This document shows, piece after piece, positions 48,201 to 60,840 of a stretch of DNA of 64,000 nucleotides. The translations under genes were made by a program, and so were the position numbers. The notes beneath the pieces are model-generated. The model had not been told where the DNA came from. It ran no database searches and saw only the letters and a program-made list of their open reading frames with translations. Numbering within the stretch: position 1 is the first letter of the stretch; every line of letters starts with the position of its first letter. This DNA comes from Anaeramoeba ignava BMAN (lineage: Eukaryota > Protista > Anaeramoebae), in NCBI GenBank assembly GCA_028826165.1, contig JAPDFW010000022.1:124001-188000 (forward strand). The letters are read 5' to 3'.

Positions 48201-49909
48201 AATTACTGAAATGGAAACATTGATTAAACAAAACGAATCTGAAATTGATGAATTAAAACAACAAATAACAAAAATACAAGAAGAACATAAAGATTCATCA
48301 AAACAAACAAATGAAATGGAACAAGAAATTAAAAAATATAAACAGCAAATTGAAGATTCAGTAACAGAAAGAAAAATTGCTGAAAGACAAAGTTTAAAAA
48401 TTATAACAGATTTAAAAGCTCAACTTCGAAAAGGTTTTGATAAAATTTTCAATTCTAAAAGAAATTATAAAAGTTTTTAAAAAAAATGTTTTTATATATT
48501 TTAGTTAAAAATAAAACTGATGGAGAAGAGGATGATAAATCAATAAAAGATGATCCACAAACTATAAAAGATAAAACGGAAGATTTAAAGAAAAAGAAGA
48601 CACAAGAAGAAAAAAGTTCACAATCTCATTTTATTACGCCAAAACCTCCAAGTAAAAATAAAAATAATATTCAAAATAAAAATAAAAATAAAAATATTCA
48701 AAATAATAATATTCAAAATAATATTCAAAATAATATTAAATAATATTCAAAATAATAATATTCAAAATAATAATATTCAAAATAATAATATTCAATAATA
48801 ATATTCAAAATAATATTCAAAATAATATTAAATAATAATATTCAAAATAATAATATTAAATAATAATATTCAAAAATAATAATATTCAAAATAATAATAT
48901 TCAAAATAATATTAAAAATAATATTCAAAAATAATATTCAAAATAATATTATTCAAATAATATTCAATAATATTCAAAATAATATTCAAAATAATAATAT
49001 TCAAAATAATAATATTCAAAATAATATTAAATAATAATAATATTCAAAATAATATTATTCAAAATAATATTCAAAAAATAATATTCAATAATATTCAATA
49101 ATATTCAAAAATAATATTCAAAATAATAATATTCAAAATAATATTCAAAATAATATTCAAAATAATAATAATATTCAAAATAATATTCAAAATAATAATA
49201 TTCAAAATAATAATATTCAATAATAATAATATTCAAAATAATAATATTCAAAATAATAATATTCAAAATAATATTCAATAATAATATTCAATAATATTAA
49301 ATAATAATATTCAAAATAATAATATTCAAAATAATAATATTCAAAATAATAATAAATAATAATATTCAAAATAATAATATTCAAAATATTATTCAAAATA
49401 ATATTCAAAATAATATTCAAAATATTATTCAAAATATTATTCAAAAAAAAAAAGATCAAAATCAAAGAGGAGCTGATGAAGAAGAAATCAACATTGAAAA
49501 ACTCTTATCTGAAAATACAAACTTAATATCCAGAATAGTAAAAATGAAAGAAACAAATTGGGCATTAGAAGAAAAGGTAGACATTTTAGAAGGACAAATA
49601 CAAGAATTAAAACAAGAAATCGATAAGAAAACAAAAATCATTGAAGAAATTATTTCTAGAGAACAAGAAAATAGAGAAAAGAATAAGAAACCAAATACTC
49701 TTCAAAACCAAATTAGACAACAAGCTCAAATTCTTTTAGAAGATACTATTTTACAAAATATTCAATTACAAAAACAAATTGAAGAACTAAAAAAACAACT
49801 TAATTCAAAAAATCCTCAAAATTTTTCAAATAAAGATTCAAATCAAAACGAACAAAAGAAATCTTCAAGAAGAAAACACAGAAATTCAAAACAAGATGAT
49901 AAAAAATAA
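45281..49909 (+). CDS. Long coiled-coil protein, GRIPAP1/GRASP-1-like
   Basis: Exons 45281-48433 (frameshift in the NE repeat near 46330), 48505-48651, 49455-49909. N-terminal ISVQDFVSLQEELVGLKQQKYEL and C-terminal EEKVDILEGQIQELKQEIDKKTKII...ILLEDTILQNIQL resemble GRIPAP1 termini (recognised from memory, not searched). Confidence 0.65.
48652..49454 (+). repeat. Intron filled with (AATAATATTCAA)n repeat
   Basis: GT at 48652 and AG at 49454 give a phase-1 join that restores the frame; the interior is a 12-15-bp tandem repeat. Confidence 0.75.
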
Positions 49910-50091
49910 TTTGAGTAAAAAAAAAGCAAATTTTTTTCTTTCATTTAAATTTTATTTTAAAAAATATTTTGATTTACTTCATTTTCTCAATAAAATAATT
50001 TGAGAAAAAAAATCACAAAAAAAAAATTTTTTTTTTGATTAAAAAATTTCTTTCATTTTTTTCATTTTTTTTTTTGAAATTAAAAACTATA

Positions 50092-50992
50092 ATGGAAGTT
50101 AAAAAAAATTCTGCTTTTAAAACTATTTTTTTTGGACCAATGAAAACTGGAAAAACATCAATTTTTTATAATTATTTTTACAAAGAATTTAAAGATATTC
50201 CTGATTTTTTAGGTAAAATTTCCAAAAAAAAAATTAATTAATTTTTTAAATTTTATGTTTAAATTTTTTTTGGAAAATTGAAATTGTGAAAAAAGGTTTT
50301 AAAACAATAAAAATACCAGTTGGAGAATTTGAAGTAATTTTTTAAATTTAATTTTAATTTTAATTTTAAATTTAATTTTAATTTTTAAATATTTTTTAAA
50401 AAAAGATTTCATTAAATGTATTTGATTTTCAAGGGAATGAAAAATATGCAAATATTGCTCCAATTTATTATATGAAAACAAGTGTTTTAATTTTAGTTTT
50501 TGATATAACACATTATGTAATAAATTTTTCAATTAATTTTTTTCAATTAATTTTTCAATTTAAATTCTTCTTTCAATTTAAAAGTCATCTTATGAAAGAA
50601 TTCCTATTTGTTTCCAAAAAGTAAAAGAGCATATTGATCCTCTTGTTACTGTTTTAATTGGAAATAAACTTGATCTTGAAAATGAAAGGGTTATTGAAAA
50701 AGAAAAAGCTATAGATTATGCAAAAGAAATGGGTTTTTTATATTTTGAAACATCAGCAAAAACAGGAGAAAATATTAAAGAAGTTTTTGTTGAAATTGGT
50801 AAGAATTTTTTTTTTTTTTTTAGATCAAAATTTTGGATCAAAAATTGATCAAAAAAAAAAAAATTTTTTTTTCGTTAAAAAAAAATAGCAAAAAAATTAA
50901 AGTTTTTAATAGAAAAAAATCCAGAAATTCTTGAAGAAAAAGAAGAAAAAGAAAAAAAGAAAAGAAAAAAATCTGAAAATAAATGTTTTTAA
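50092..50992 (+). CDS. Divergent Rab-family small GTPase (Rab5-like traits)
   Basis: Exons 50092-50212, 50296-50333, 50406-50516, 50585-50798, 50889-50992. G1 GPMKTGKTS, G3 DFQGNE, YANIAPIYY, G4 GNKLD, G5 ETSAK; C-terminus KKKRKKSENKCF*. Confidence 0.8.
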
Positions 50993-51117
50993 GAAAATGA
51001 AATTTGTTTTTTTTTTGATTCCTAATTTTTTTTAATTAAAAAAAAAATCAAAATTATTTTTTTTTCATTTTTCATTTTTCATTTTTTTTTTCCTTTTTTC
51101 ATTCCTTTTTAAAAAAA

Positions 51118-53093
51118 ATGTTTGGAAATCGACTCAAACTTGTTTTAGTTGGAAATTCACTTGTTGGAAAAAGTTCAATTTTGATACAATTTTGCGATTC
51201 AACATTTTCAAAAAATCAAGAAGCAACAATAGGAGTGGATTTCAGATTTTCCAACATAACAGTAAATAATGAAGAAATTGAGCTACAAATTGTAAATTAA
51301 AATTAAATTAAAATTTAAATTAAAATTAAAATTCATTTATAAAATTAAAATTAAAATTAAAATTAAAATTAAAATTAAAATTAAAATTCAAATTAAAATT
51401 AAAATTCAAATTAAAATTAAAATTAAAATTAAAATTCATTTATAAAATTAAAATTAAATTTAAAATTAAAATCAAAATTAAAATTAAATTTAAAATTAAA
51501 ATTAAAATTAAAATCAAAATTAAAATTCATTTATAAAATTAAAATTAAAATCAAAAATTAAATTCATTTATAAAATTAAAATTAAAATTAAAATTAAAAT
51601 TAAAATTAAAATTAAAATTAAAATTAAAATTAAATATAAAATTAAAATTCATTTATAAAATTAAAATTAAAAATCATTTATAAAATTAAAATTAAAATTA
51701 AAATTAAAATTAAAATTAAAATTAAAATTAAAATTAATATTAATATTCAAATTAAAATTAAAATTAAAATTAAAATTAAAATTCATTTATAAAATTAAAA
51801 TTTAAATCAAAAATTAAATAGTGGGATACTGCAGGTATTTTTTTAAAGATTTATTTTTCTCTTTTATAGACTCAATTTAACTAAATTCTAATTTCAGGAC
51901 AAGAACGTTTTCGTTCAATAACTAATCATTATTACCGAAATGCTGATGCAATTATGGTTGTTTATGATATTACAAATGAATCAAGTTTTACTCAATTAAA
52001 AAATTGGTATTCTGAAATTGTTTCTTCTGCTCCTCCTCAAACAAAAGTTATGCTTGTTGGTAATAAAGCTGATCTTGAAAATGAAAGAGCTGTTCAAAGA
52101 GAAAGGGCAGAGGTTGTTTATCTTTTTTATTTTAGTTTTTATTTTGCTTTGGAATTTCATCACAAAAAATTTTTTTCAAGAAATTTAAACAAGAATTTAA
52201 AAAGGAATTTTAACTCAAATTTAAACTAAAACTTTAAAACAAAATTTATTTAAAAAGAAAACGTTTATTAACAAATTTAATTATAATTTTGAATCAAAAT
52301 TTATTTAAAAAGAAATTTTAATTATAATTTAAACTAAAACTTTAAAACAAAATTTATTTAAAAAGAAAATTTCATTATAATTTTAAAACAAAATTTATTT
52401 AAAAAGGAATTTTAACTCAAATTTAAACTAAAACTTTAAAACAAAATTTATTTAAAAAGAAAACGTTTATTAACAAATTTAATTATAATTTTAAAACAAA
52501 ATTTATTTAAAAAGGAATTTTAACTCAAATTTAAACTAAAACTTTAAAACAAAATTTATTTAAAAAGAAAACGTTTATTAACAAATTTAATTATAATTTT
52601 AATTCAAAATTTATTTAAAAAGAAATTTTAATTTTAATTTTCATTTTAATTTGAAATTTTAATTTTAATTTTAAATTGAATTTAATTTAGATATTAATTT
52701 TAATTTTAATTTTGAATTTAATATTAATTTTAATTTGAAATTTTAATTTTAATTTTAATTTGAAATTTTAATTTGAATTCAATTTTAATTATTAATAATT
52801 TTTCTATATTTTTTGTTTTAGAAATTAGCTATGAAATATGGTTGGTCTTATGGTGAATTAAGTGCAAAAACAGGAGAAGGAATAAAAGAATCTTTTGAAA
52901 TTCTTGTAAAAGAAACACTTAGCGTGTAATTATTTCCAAATAATAAAATTTTTCCCAAATCCAAAAAAAAAAATAATAATCAAAAAATTCCTAAAAAATA
53001 ATAAAATAAATTTTTAGTTATAAAACATCTCAAAAAAAAAAACCTGATACAAACGTAAAAATAAAAGAAAATGGATCTTCTAAATGTTGCTAA
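51118..53093 (+). CDS. Rab-family small GTPase
   Basis: Exons 51118-51291, 51822-51834 (13 nt), 51898-52112, 52822-52925, 53018-53093. GNSLVGKS, TIGVDF, WDTAGQERFRSIT..YYR, GNKAD, ELSAK, C-terminal CC prenylation motif. Confidence 0.92.
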
Positions 53094-53407
53094 TTCATTC
53101 AAAATATTACTTTTTTTTTTGTCTTGTTTTTTACGGATTCATTTCCTTATTCATTGTTGTCATTTCTTTCAATGATTTATTGATTTGAATTCTTTTTTTT
53201 CTTTCTTTCCTTTCTTTTTTTTTTTTTTTTATTAATTTTAATTTATGATTGATTTTTATTTTTCGAATCAATAACAAATTAAAATTAAGGAATAATTGAA
53301 ATTAAAGAAAATTCTAATAAAAAAAAAATTTGAATTTTTATTAATTTTATTTTTATTATAAAAATTGAGTTGAAATCAAAATAAAAAGAAATATAATGAA
53401 AATGAAA

Positions 53408-53629
53408 TCAATTATAATATAAATCAATAGATGAACCATCATGTATTTCATAATCATCAAGTGTAAGATGATCTTTTAAAACTGAATACCATTTTTGCAA
53501 TCGAATTTTTTCAGCTTTTGTTCCAATTTGAGCTGCTATTAATAATTTAAGTTCTCCGATTGTATCATCTGGATTACATTTAATTGTAACTTTTCTTCCA
53601 AGTCGATCATTTACAATTATTTCAATCAT
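53408..53629 (-). CDS. UBL5: Ubiquitin-like protein 5 / Hub1
   Basis: 73 aa, [37 protein letters not shown]...[15 protein letters not shown], with the characteristic di-tyrosine C-terminus. Confidence 0.96.
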   Translation of the reverse strand: MIEIIVNDRLGRKVTIKCNPDDTIGELKLLIAAQIGTKAEKIRLQKWYSVLKDHLTLDDYEIHDGSSIDLYYN

Positions 53630-53779
53630 TTTTTGTTTTTTTTTATAATTTTTATTTCTTTTTGAAGAAGAAAAAAAATGATTTCATTTTTTTCATTTTT
53701 TTTATTTTTTTTTTTAAAATTAAAAAGAAATAATAAAATAAATTTGAAGAACAACAAAATATTCCACTTTTTTAAATTG

Positions 53780-54960
53780 ATTTTAAATTGATTTTTGAAT
53801 TTCATTTTGAATTTCATTTTGAATTTAAATTTCATTTTGATTTTCATTTTGATTTTCATTTTAATTTGAATTTGAATTTGAATTTAAATTTGAATTTGAA
53901 TTTGAATTTGAATTTGAATTTGAATTTGAATTTGAATTTGAATTTGAATTTAAATTTGAATTTGAATTTGAATTTGAATTTGAATTTGAATTTGAATTTA
54001 AATTTGAATTTGAATTTTAATTTTGATTTTAAATTGATTTTTAATTTAAATTTTTGAATTGATTTTGAATTTCAATTTGAATTTTAATTTGAAATTGAAT
54101 TTGAATTTGAATTTGAATTTGAATTTGAATTTGAATTTGAATTTGAATTTGAATTTGAATTTCATTTTTAATTTCATTTTGATTTTGAATTTGAATTTGA
54201 ATTTGAATTTGAATTTGAATTTAAATTTGATTTTGAATTTGAATTTAAATTTGAATTTGATTTTGATTTTCATTTTCATTTTGAATTTTAATTTAATTTT
54301 GAATTTTGATTTTGAATTTTAATTTAATTTTAAATTTGAATTTAATTTTGATTTTCATTTTCATTTTGATTTTCATTTTGATTTTGATTTTGATTTTCAT
54401 TTTGATTTTGATTTTCATTTTCATTTTGATTTTAAATTTGAATTTGAATTTGATTTTCATTTTGAATTTGAATTTGAATTTGAATTTAAATTTGAATTTG
54501 AATTTGAATTTTGAATTTGAATTTTGAATTTGAATTTGAATTTAAATTTTAATTTTGAATTTTCATTTTAATTTTCATTTTGATTTTCATTTTGATTTTC
54601 ATTTTGATTTTCATTTTCATTTTGATTTTCATTTTCATTTTGAATTTGAAATTGATTTTGAATTTGATTTTCATTTTGATTTTGATTTTGATTTTGATTT
54701 TCATTTTCATTTTGATTTTCATTTTAATTTGGATTTGAATTTGATTTTCATTTTGAATTTGAATTTGAATTTAATTTTCATTTTGAATTTGATTTTGAAT
54801 TTGAATTTGAATTTCAATTTAATTTTGATTTTAATTTTAATTTTAATTTTCATTTTGATTTTCATTTTGATTTTCATTTTGATTTTAATTTTGATTTTCA
54901 TTTTGATTTTCATTTTGATTTTCATTTTGATTTTCATTTTGATTTTCATTTTGAATTTTG
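53780..54960. repeat. Intergenic hexamer microsatellite (TTTGAA/TTTGAT/TTTCAT)n
   Basis: Seen directly; it produces the spurious LN/KF/IL ORFs. Confidence 0.85.
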
Positions 54961-54961
54961 T

Positions 54962-57243
54962 TCATTTAAATTCTTTTAAACAATAAGTTTCAAGAAATTC
55001 AATAGTTTCAAGATCACCATCACCAATACGACAAATAATATTAGCATAATCCTTCAAAGAAAGATTCATTTTAATAATAGAAGTAGCCAAATGTATTCTT
55101 CTATCAGGATTTGTAAGTAATAAATAAAGCAATTCTTCTTGCATTAAAATTTTCCTTTGAGAATTTGTAAGAATTTTTCCTTTTGGAGCGTTGACTTTCA
55201 GTTTGGGTTTTTTAACATCCTCTTCCGGGATTTCTGATTCAGCTTTGCGTTTGAGATCTGTTTCATCAGGAGGATTCTCTTGTTTCACTTTTGGATTCTG
55301 ATCATCTTCTGATTCAGATTCATTACTGTCAATTTCTTTTGATTGATCAAGTATGTTTTTTTTATTTGTTTTCATGCTTCTTTCTTTGCGTTTGACTTCG
55401 AGGATCATTCTCATCTTCTCATCCTGAAGCCATCTGCGAAGTCCAATTCTTTTTCTACGTTCGGAATCCTCACTTTGTTCGAAATAAAAATGTTCCATAA
55501 ATGAAAATTGTTTATCTTTTCGTTTTGTTTCTGTTCCCCATCTTTTCTCACTAACTTTCATTGTATTGATGGGATTTTCAACAACAAATATTCTTAACGA
55601 TCTATTGGCTTCCGTTTCATCCACAAAAAAGTCTAAGTAAGCTTGCCATAAATGTTTATTATTTTTTTTAACTTCATTGCATATTTCTAAAGTTGTTCCA
55701 GGTTCTCCTAGTGATATTAGTGCTTCCTCAAGGTAATGATATCCTCGACTGCGTACAATTTTTTTGGTTCTTAAAAACCGATTAAGATTTTTTGCAACAT
55801 GTCTTGATCTTCTATCTGGTCTTCTTTTCCTTTTTTGATCAGGATCTTTTTTTTAAAGAAATTATTTTAAAAATTATTTTATAATTAATTATAAAATTAA
55901 TTATAATATTAAATATAAAATTAAATATAAAATTAATTATAATATTAAATATAAAATTATTTATAAAATTATTTATAAAATTAATTATAATATTAATTAT
56001 AATATTAATTATAATATTAATTATAATATTAATTATAATATTTATTATAATATTAATTATAATATTTATTATAAAATTAATTATAATATTAAATATAATA
56101 TTTATTATAATATTAAATATAATTATATTATAAAATTAATTATAATATTAATTATAAAAATTTATTATAAAATTTATTATTAATTATAATATTTATTATA
56201 ATATTATTTATAAATATAATATTAATTATAATATTAATTATAAAATTTATTATAATATTTATTATAATATTAATTATAATATTAATTATAATATTATTTA
56301 CAAAATTAATTATAAAATTTATTTTAAAATTAATTATAATATTTATTTATAATATTTTTATTATAATATTAAATTATAATATTATTTTATAAAATTATTT
56401 ATAAAATTAATTATAAAATTATAATATTATTTATAAAATTAATTATAATATTAATATATAATTATAATTATAATATTAATTATAATATTAATTATTTATA
56501 ATATTATTTACAAAATTAATTATAAAATTAATTATAAAATTAATTATAATATTAATTATAAAATTAATTATAATATTAATTATAATATTATTTATAATAT
56601 TAAATACAATATTATTTATAAAATTTATTATAATATTAATTACAATATATTAATTATAATATTAATTATAATATTAATATTAAATATAATATTAATTATA
56701 AAATTTATTTTATTATAAAATTAATTATAATATTAATATAATATTAATTATAAAATTAATTATAATATTAAATATATTAATAATTATAAAATTAATTAAT
56801 TATTAAATACAATATTATTTATAATATTAATTATAATATTATTTATAATATTATTTACAAAATTAATTATAATATTATTTACAAAATTAATTATAAAATT
56901 AATTACAATATTAATTATAATATTAATTATAATATTAAATATAATATTAATTATAATATTAATTATAAAATTAATTATAATATTATTTAAAGAAATTATT
57001 ATAATATTTATTATAATATTAATTATAATATTAATTATAATATTAATTACCATTTTCATTTGGAGAATCTTCATCTCGATTTTCTGTTGATTGTAATTCT
57101 TCATGTGAAAAATTATCTGCTTGGTTTTCATTTTCTTCTTCTGATTGATTTTTTTTTTTGGAATTTCGTTTTAATTTATTAAAAAAAATAACGGCATTTG
57201 TTCCTGATTCAATTTCTTCTTCAGAAAAATCTTCAATTTCCAT
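54962..57243 (-). CDS. Hypothetical, probably nuclear, protein (2 exons)
   Basis: Exon 57243-57051 (MEIEDFSEEE...) joins 55845-54962 (DPDQKRKRRPDRRSR...CLKEFK*) in phase 1 across a 1.2-kb AT-repeat intron. Basic NLS-like patches; family not recognised. Confidence 0.7.
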
Positions 57244-57342
57244 TTTAAAATAAGAAAAAAAATGAAAAAAATGAAAAAAATGAAAAAAATGAAAAATAAA
57301 ATTTTGTTTTACATTTTAATTAAAATTTTTAAATTTAAAAAT

Positions 57343-60300
57343 TCATTTATCTTTTTTAGGAATTTCAAAGAAATCTGTTAATTTTAATTGTTTAAGTTCT
57401 TTTTTAACATTATTTTGATTTGAAACAATTTCTTTTTGATTTTTTTCACGAACAAAATAATCAAAAATAGTTTTTTGAATAAAATTTTTTTTTGGTTTTT
57501 TTTTTCTTTTTGGACGTTTTGGTGAAAAATAAGGTTTAATAGAAGGATAAAATTGGAAAAGAGTTGTTTGAGTGCCTTTTATATTTGGTTTCTTTAATGG
57601 TGCAGTTGGTTGAGTCAAACAAACTATATCAATTTTTTTTGGAGAAATTGGGAAAAAATTTAAAAGTCCTTTTTTTTCATTGAAATTTTGTTGACTTTTT
57701 GCTTGAAATTTTTTTGGTTTGGTTTCTAAAGTTTTTCTTTTTTCTGTTTGAGTTTTTTTGGATCTTTTTTTTTTGCTTTTTTCTTTTTTAATTATTGAAT
57801 CTTCAATTTTAAATTGTTTTTGTTTTTCTTGTATTTTTGAATCTGATTGTGTTTTTCTTTTTTTTTTCTGATAATTTTGATTTTTGATTTTATTTTGATT
57901 TGAATTAAAAGATTGAGTTGATAAATTAGTTGTTTTTTTTGGCAAATTTGAAAAATTATTTTGCAAATTGAAAATTTGATGAATTTGATTTTGAATTTGA
58001 TTTTCATTTTGATTTTGATTTTGATTTTGATTTTGAATTTTGATTTTGAATTTGATTTTGATTTTGATTTTGATTTTGATTTTGATTTTGATTTTGATTT
58101 TGATTTTGATTTTGATTTTGATTTTGATTTTGATTTTGATTTTGATTTTGATTTTGATTTTGATTTAAGAATTGATTTTGATTTAAGAATTGATTTTGCA
58201 TTTGAATTAAAAAATCTTTATTTTCCTTTCTATTTAGAAGTTGTTTTTCATTTTGGTTTTCATTCATCAATTCATTTATAATTTCATTTTCAATTTTATT
58301 TAAAAAGTCATTATGATTTTGAATTTGATTTAATTGGTTTTGATTTAATTGGTTTTGATTTAATTGATTTTGATTTAATTGATTTTGATTTAATTGGTTT
58401 TGATTTAATTGATTTTGATTTAATTGATTTTGATTTAATTGATTTTGATTTAATTGGTTTTGATTTAATTGGTTTTGATTTAATTGGTTTTGATTTAATT
58501 GATTTGTATTTGGATTTTGATTTGGATTTTGATTTGCAAAATCACGAATAATTGAAATAATATCATATTGTATTTTATGTTCTAGCATTTTTTTGATCTG
58601 AGATTGAACTTTAGGAGACTCAGTATTAACAGTTGGAATAATTTGTTTAATCCCTTTTAAAACACCAACAAATTGAGTTAATTCTGAAAGAGAACAATGA
58701 CTACTCACTGGAATATTAAATATCATATTTTCTGCATTTTGTTGAATACGAATATTTTGAATAGAATTTCGAGATTTTTTTGAATCAAGTGACCATCCAG
58801 TCATTTTGAATCCAATTATTTTTGTTTGTGTTTCTATTTAAGTGTTTTGTTTATCATTTTTTTTGAGTTGAAATTTAAATCAATGATTTTTTTTTTTTGG
58901 AAATTTATTTTATTTACGTTGATTGATTTCTTGCAAATATTTTCTCATCAAATCAAATCTAATTTTGTTCATATCAAAAAAATGAATTGGAGTTTGTTTT
59001 GGGTCTTGTGTAATTAATTTTTTATCTTCTTCATCTAAACAAAGCATTAATATTTTATATTTTCTTGGATTTGCATATATTTTGTATCCAAGATTTTTTG
59101 CAACAGTTAAAACAACCATTTCTTTTCCTAGAAAAAAAATCAAATTCAAATCAAATATTCAAATTAAATCAAATCAAATATTCAAATTAAATCAAATCAA
59201 ATATTCAAATTAAATCAAATATTTAAATCAAATATTCAAATCAAATCAAATATTCAAATTAAATCAAATATTTAAATTAAATCAAATATTAAAATTAAAT
59301 CAAAAATTAAATCAAATATTCAAATTAAATATTCAAATCAAATATTCAAATTAAATATTCAAATTAAATTAAATATTCAAATTAAATCAAATATTTAAAT
59401 TAAATCAAATCAAATATTCAAATTAAATTAAATATTTAAATTAAATTAAATATTAAAATTAAATCAAATATTAAAATCAAATCAAATATTCAAATTAAAT
59501 CAAATATTTAAATCAAATCAAATATTCAAATTAAATTAAATATTAAATCAAATATTCAAATTAAATCAAATATTTAAATTAAATATTCAAATTAAATCAA
59601 ATCAAATATTTAAATCAAATATTAAAATCAAATCAAATATTCAAATTAAATCAAATATTTAAATTAAAATTCAAATTAAATCAAAAATCAAATTTAAATT
59701 AAAATTAAATCAAATATTAAAATTAAATCAAATATTTAAATTAAAATTAAATATTAAAATTAAATTAAATATTCAAATTAAATCAAATATTAATATTAAA
59801 TCAAATCAAATATTCAAATCGGGTATAAATACCTAATGTATATGTTCCAAATAAACATAGAAATTTTAAATCCTTTTTCTCACAATTTTTTTGAATTTCT
59901 AAAATTTGATTCAAAATATAATTTGCAGCTTCGATTTCAGTCAAAAAAATAGATTTTGAATCATCACAAAAAGTAGTATCAAGATATAAAACATCAATTC
60001 TGGATTCATTTTTTAAAACTTGAAATTTATTATTGAGAAGTTCATTATTAAAACGAAAATCCCCAGTCTAAATAATTTATAAATTGTTTTAAATAATTTT
60101 TTATTTTGATTCGTTTTTCTTGATTTTTTTTTTGTTAAAATACATGCAAAGATTCTTTTTCCATCTTGAAATTTGAATAAAAACATACAAGAACCAGGAC
60201 AATGATTTGCATCCAAAAACTGAATTTCAATATTATCAATAAAAATGGATTGATTATCTATAATAATATTTGGAAATATTTAATTTGAGATAAAAATTCC

Positions 60301-60642
60301 TTTTTCTAATTCAAAATAAATTAAAACGAACATTCAAAACCAAAAATAATATTTGGTTGAATTCCTTTTAAAGAAACGAGTAAATTTTTGGTTTTCCAAT
60401 GACAATAAATGTTTTTTTTGAAGTTTTTTGTAATTCCTATTGTATGATCTGTATGGAAATGTGATAAAAAATAATGATTTAAAGATTCATCTTTATAACG
60501 AAATCCATCAACAATAAAAGAAGTTCCTTGAACTATAAAAAAAAAGCACAATGATTTAATTGAATTTTGTTATTTTATTTTATTTTATTTTATTTTATTA
60601 AAAACTTTCTTTACTTTGATTTTCTTTTGGAATTTGAATCAT
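57343..60642 (-). CDS. SNM1/Pso2 (DCLRE1A-like) metallo-beta-lactamase/beta-CASP DNA repair nuclease
   Basis: ATG 60642. Exons carry FIVDGFR, FLSHFHTDH, DANHCPGS, TGDFR, LYLDTT, GTYTLGKE, TGWS, SSHCSLSEL, IIPTVN, then an NQ repeat and a basic tail (57343..57966) with PIP-box-like motifs. Frameshifts near 60150 and 58020. Confidence 0.87.
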
Positions 60643-60840
60643 AAATGAAAAAAATGAAAAATGAAAAATGAAAAATGAAAAAAATGAATTTTAGTTTTAA
60701 TTTTAATTTTAATTTTAATTTTGATTTTAATTTTAATTTTAATTTTAAATTTAATTTTAATTTTAATTTTAATTTTAATTTTAATTTTAATTTTAATTTT
60801 AATTTTAATTTTAATTTTAATTTTAATTTTAATTTTGATT

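Noticed and set aside
52250-52575. Three AAG|AAAAC|GTT motifs in the repeated Rab intron as 5-nt micro-exons
   Set aside because: The Rab sequence is complete without them (ERAE-KLAMKY), single inclusion would frameshift, and the copies are invariant parts of a local tandem duplication.
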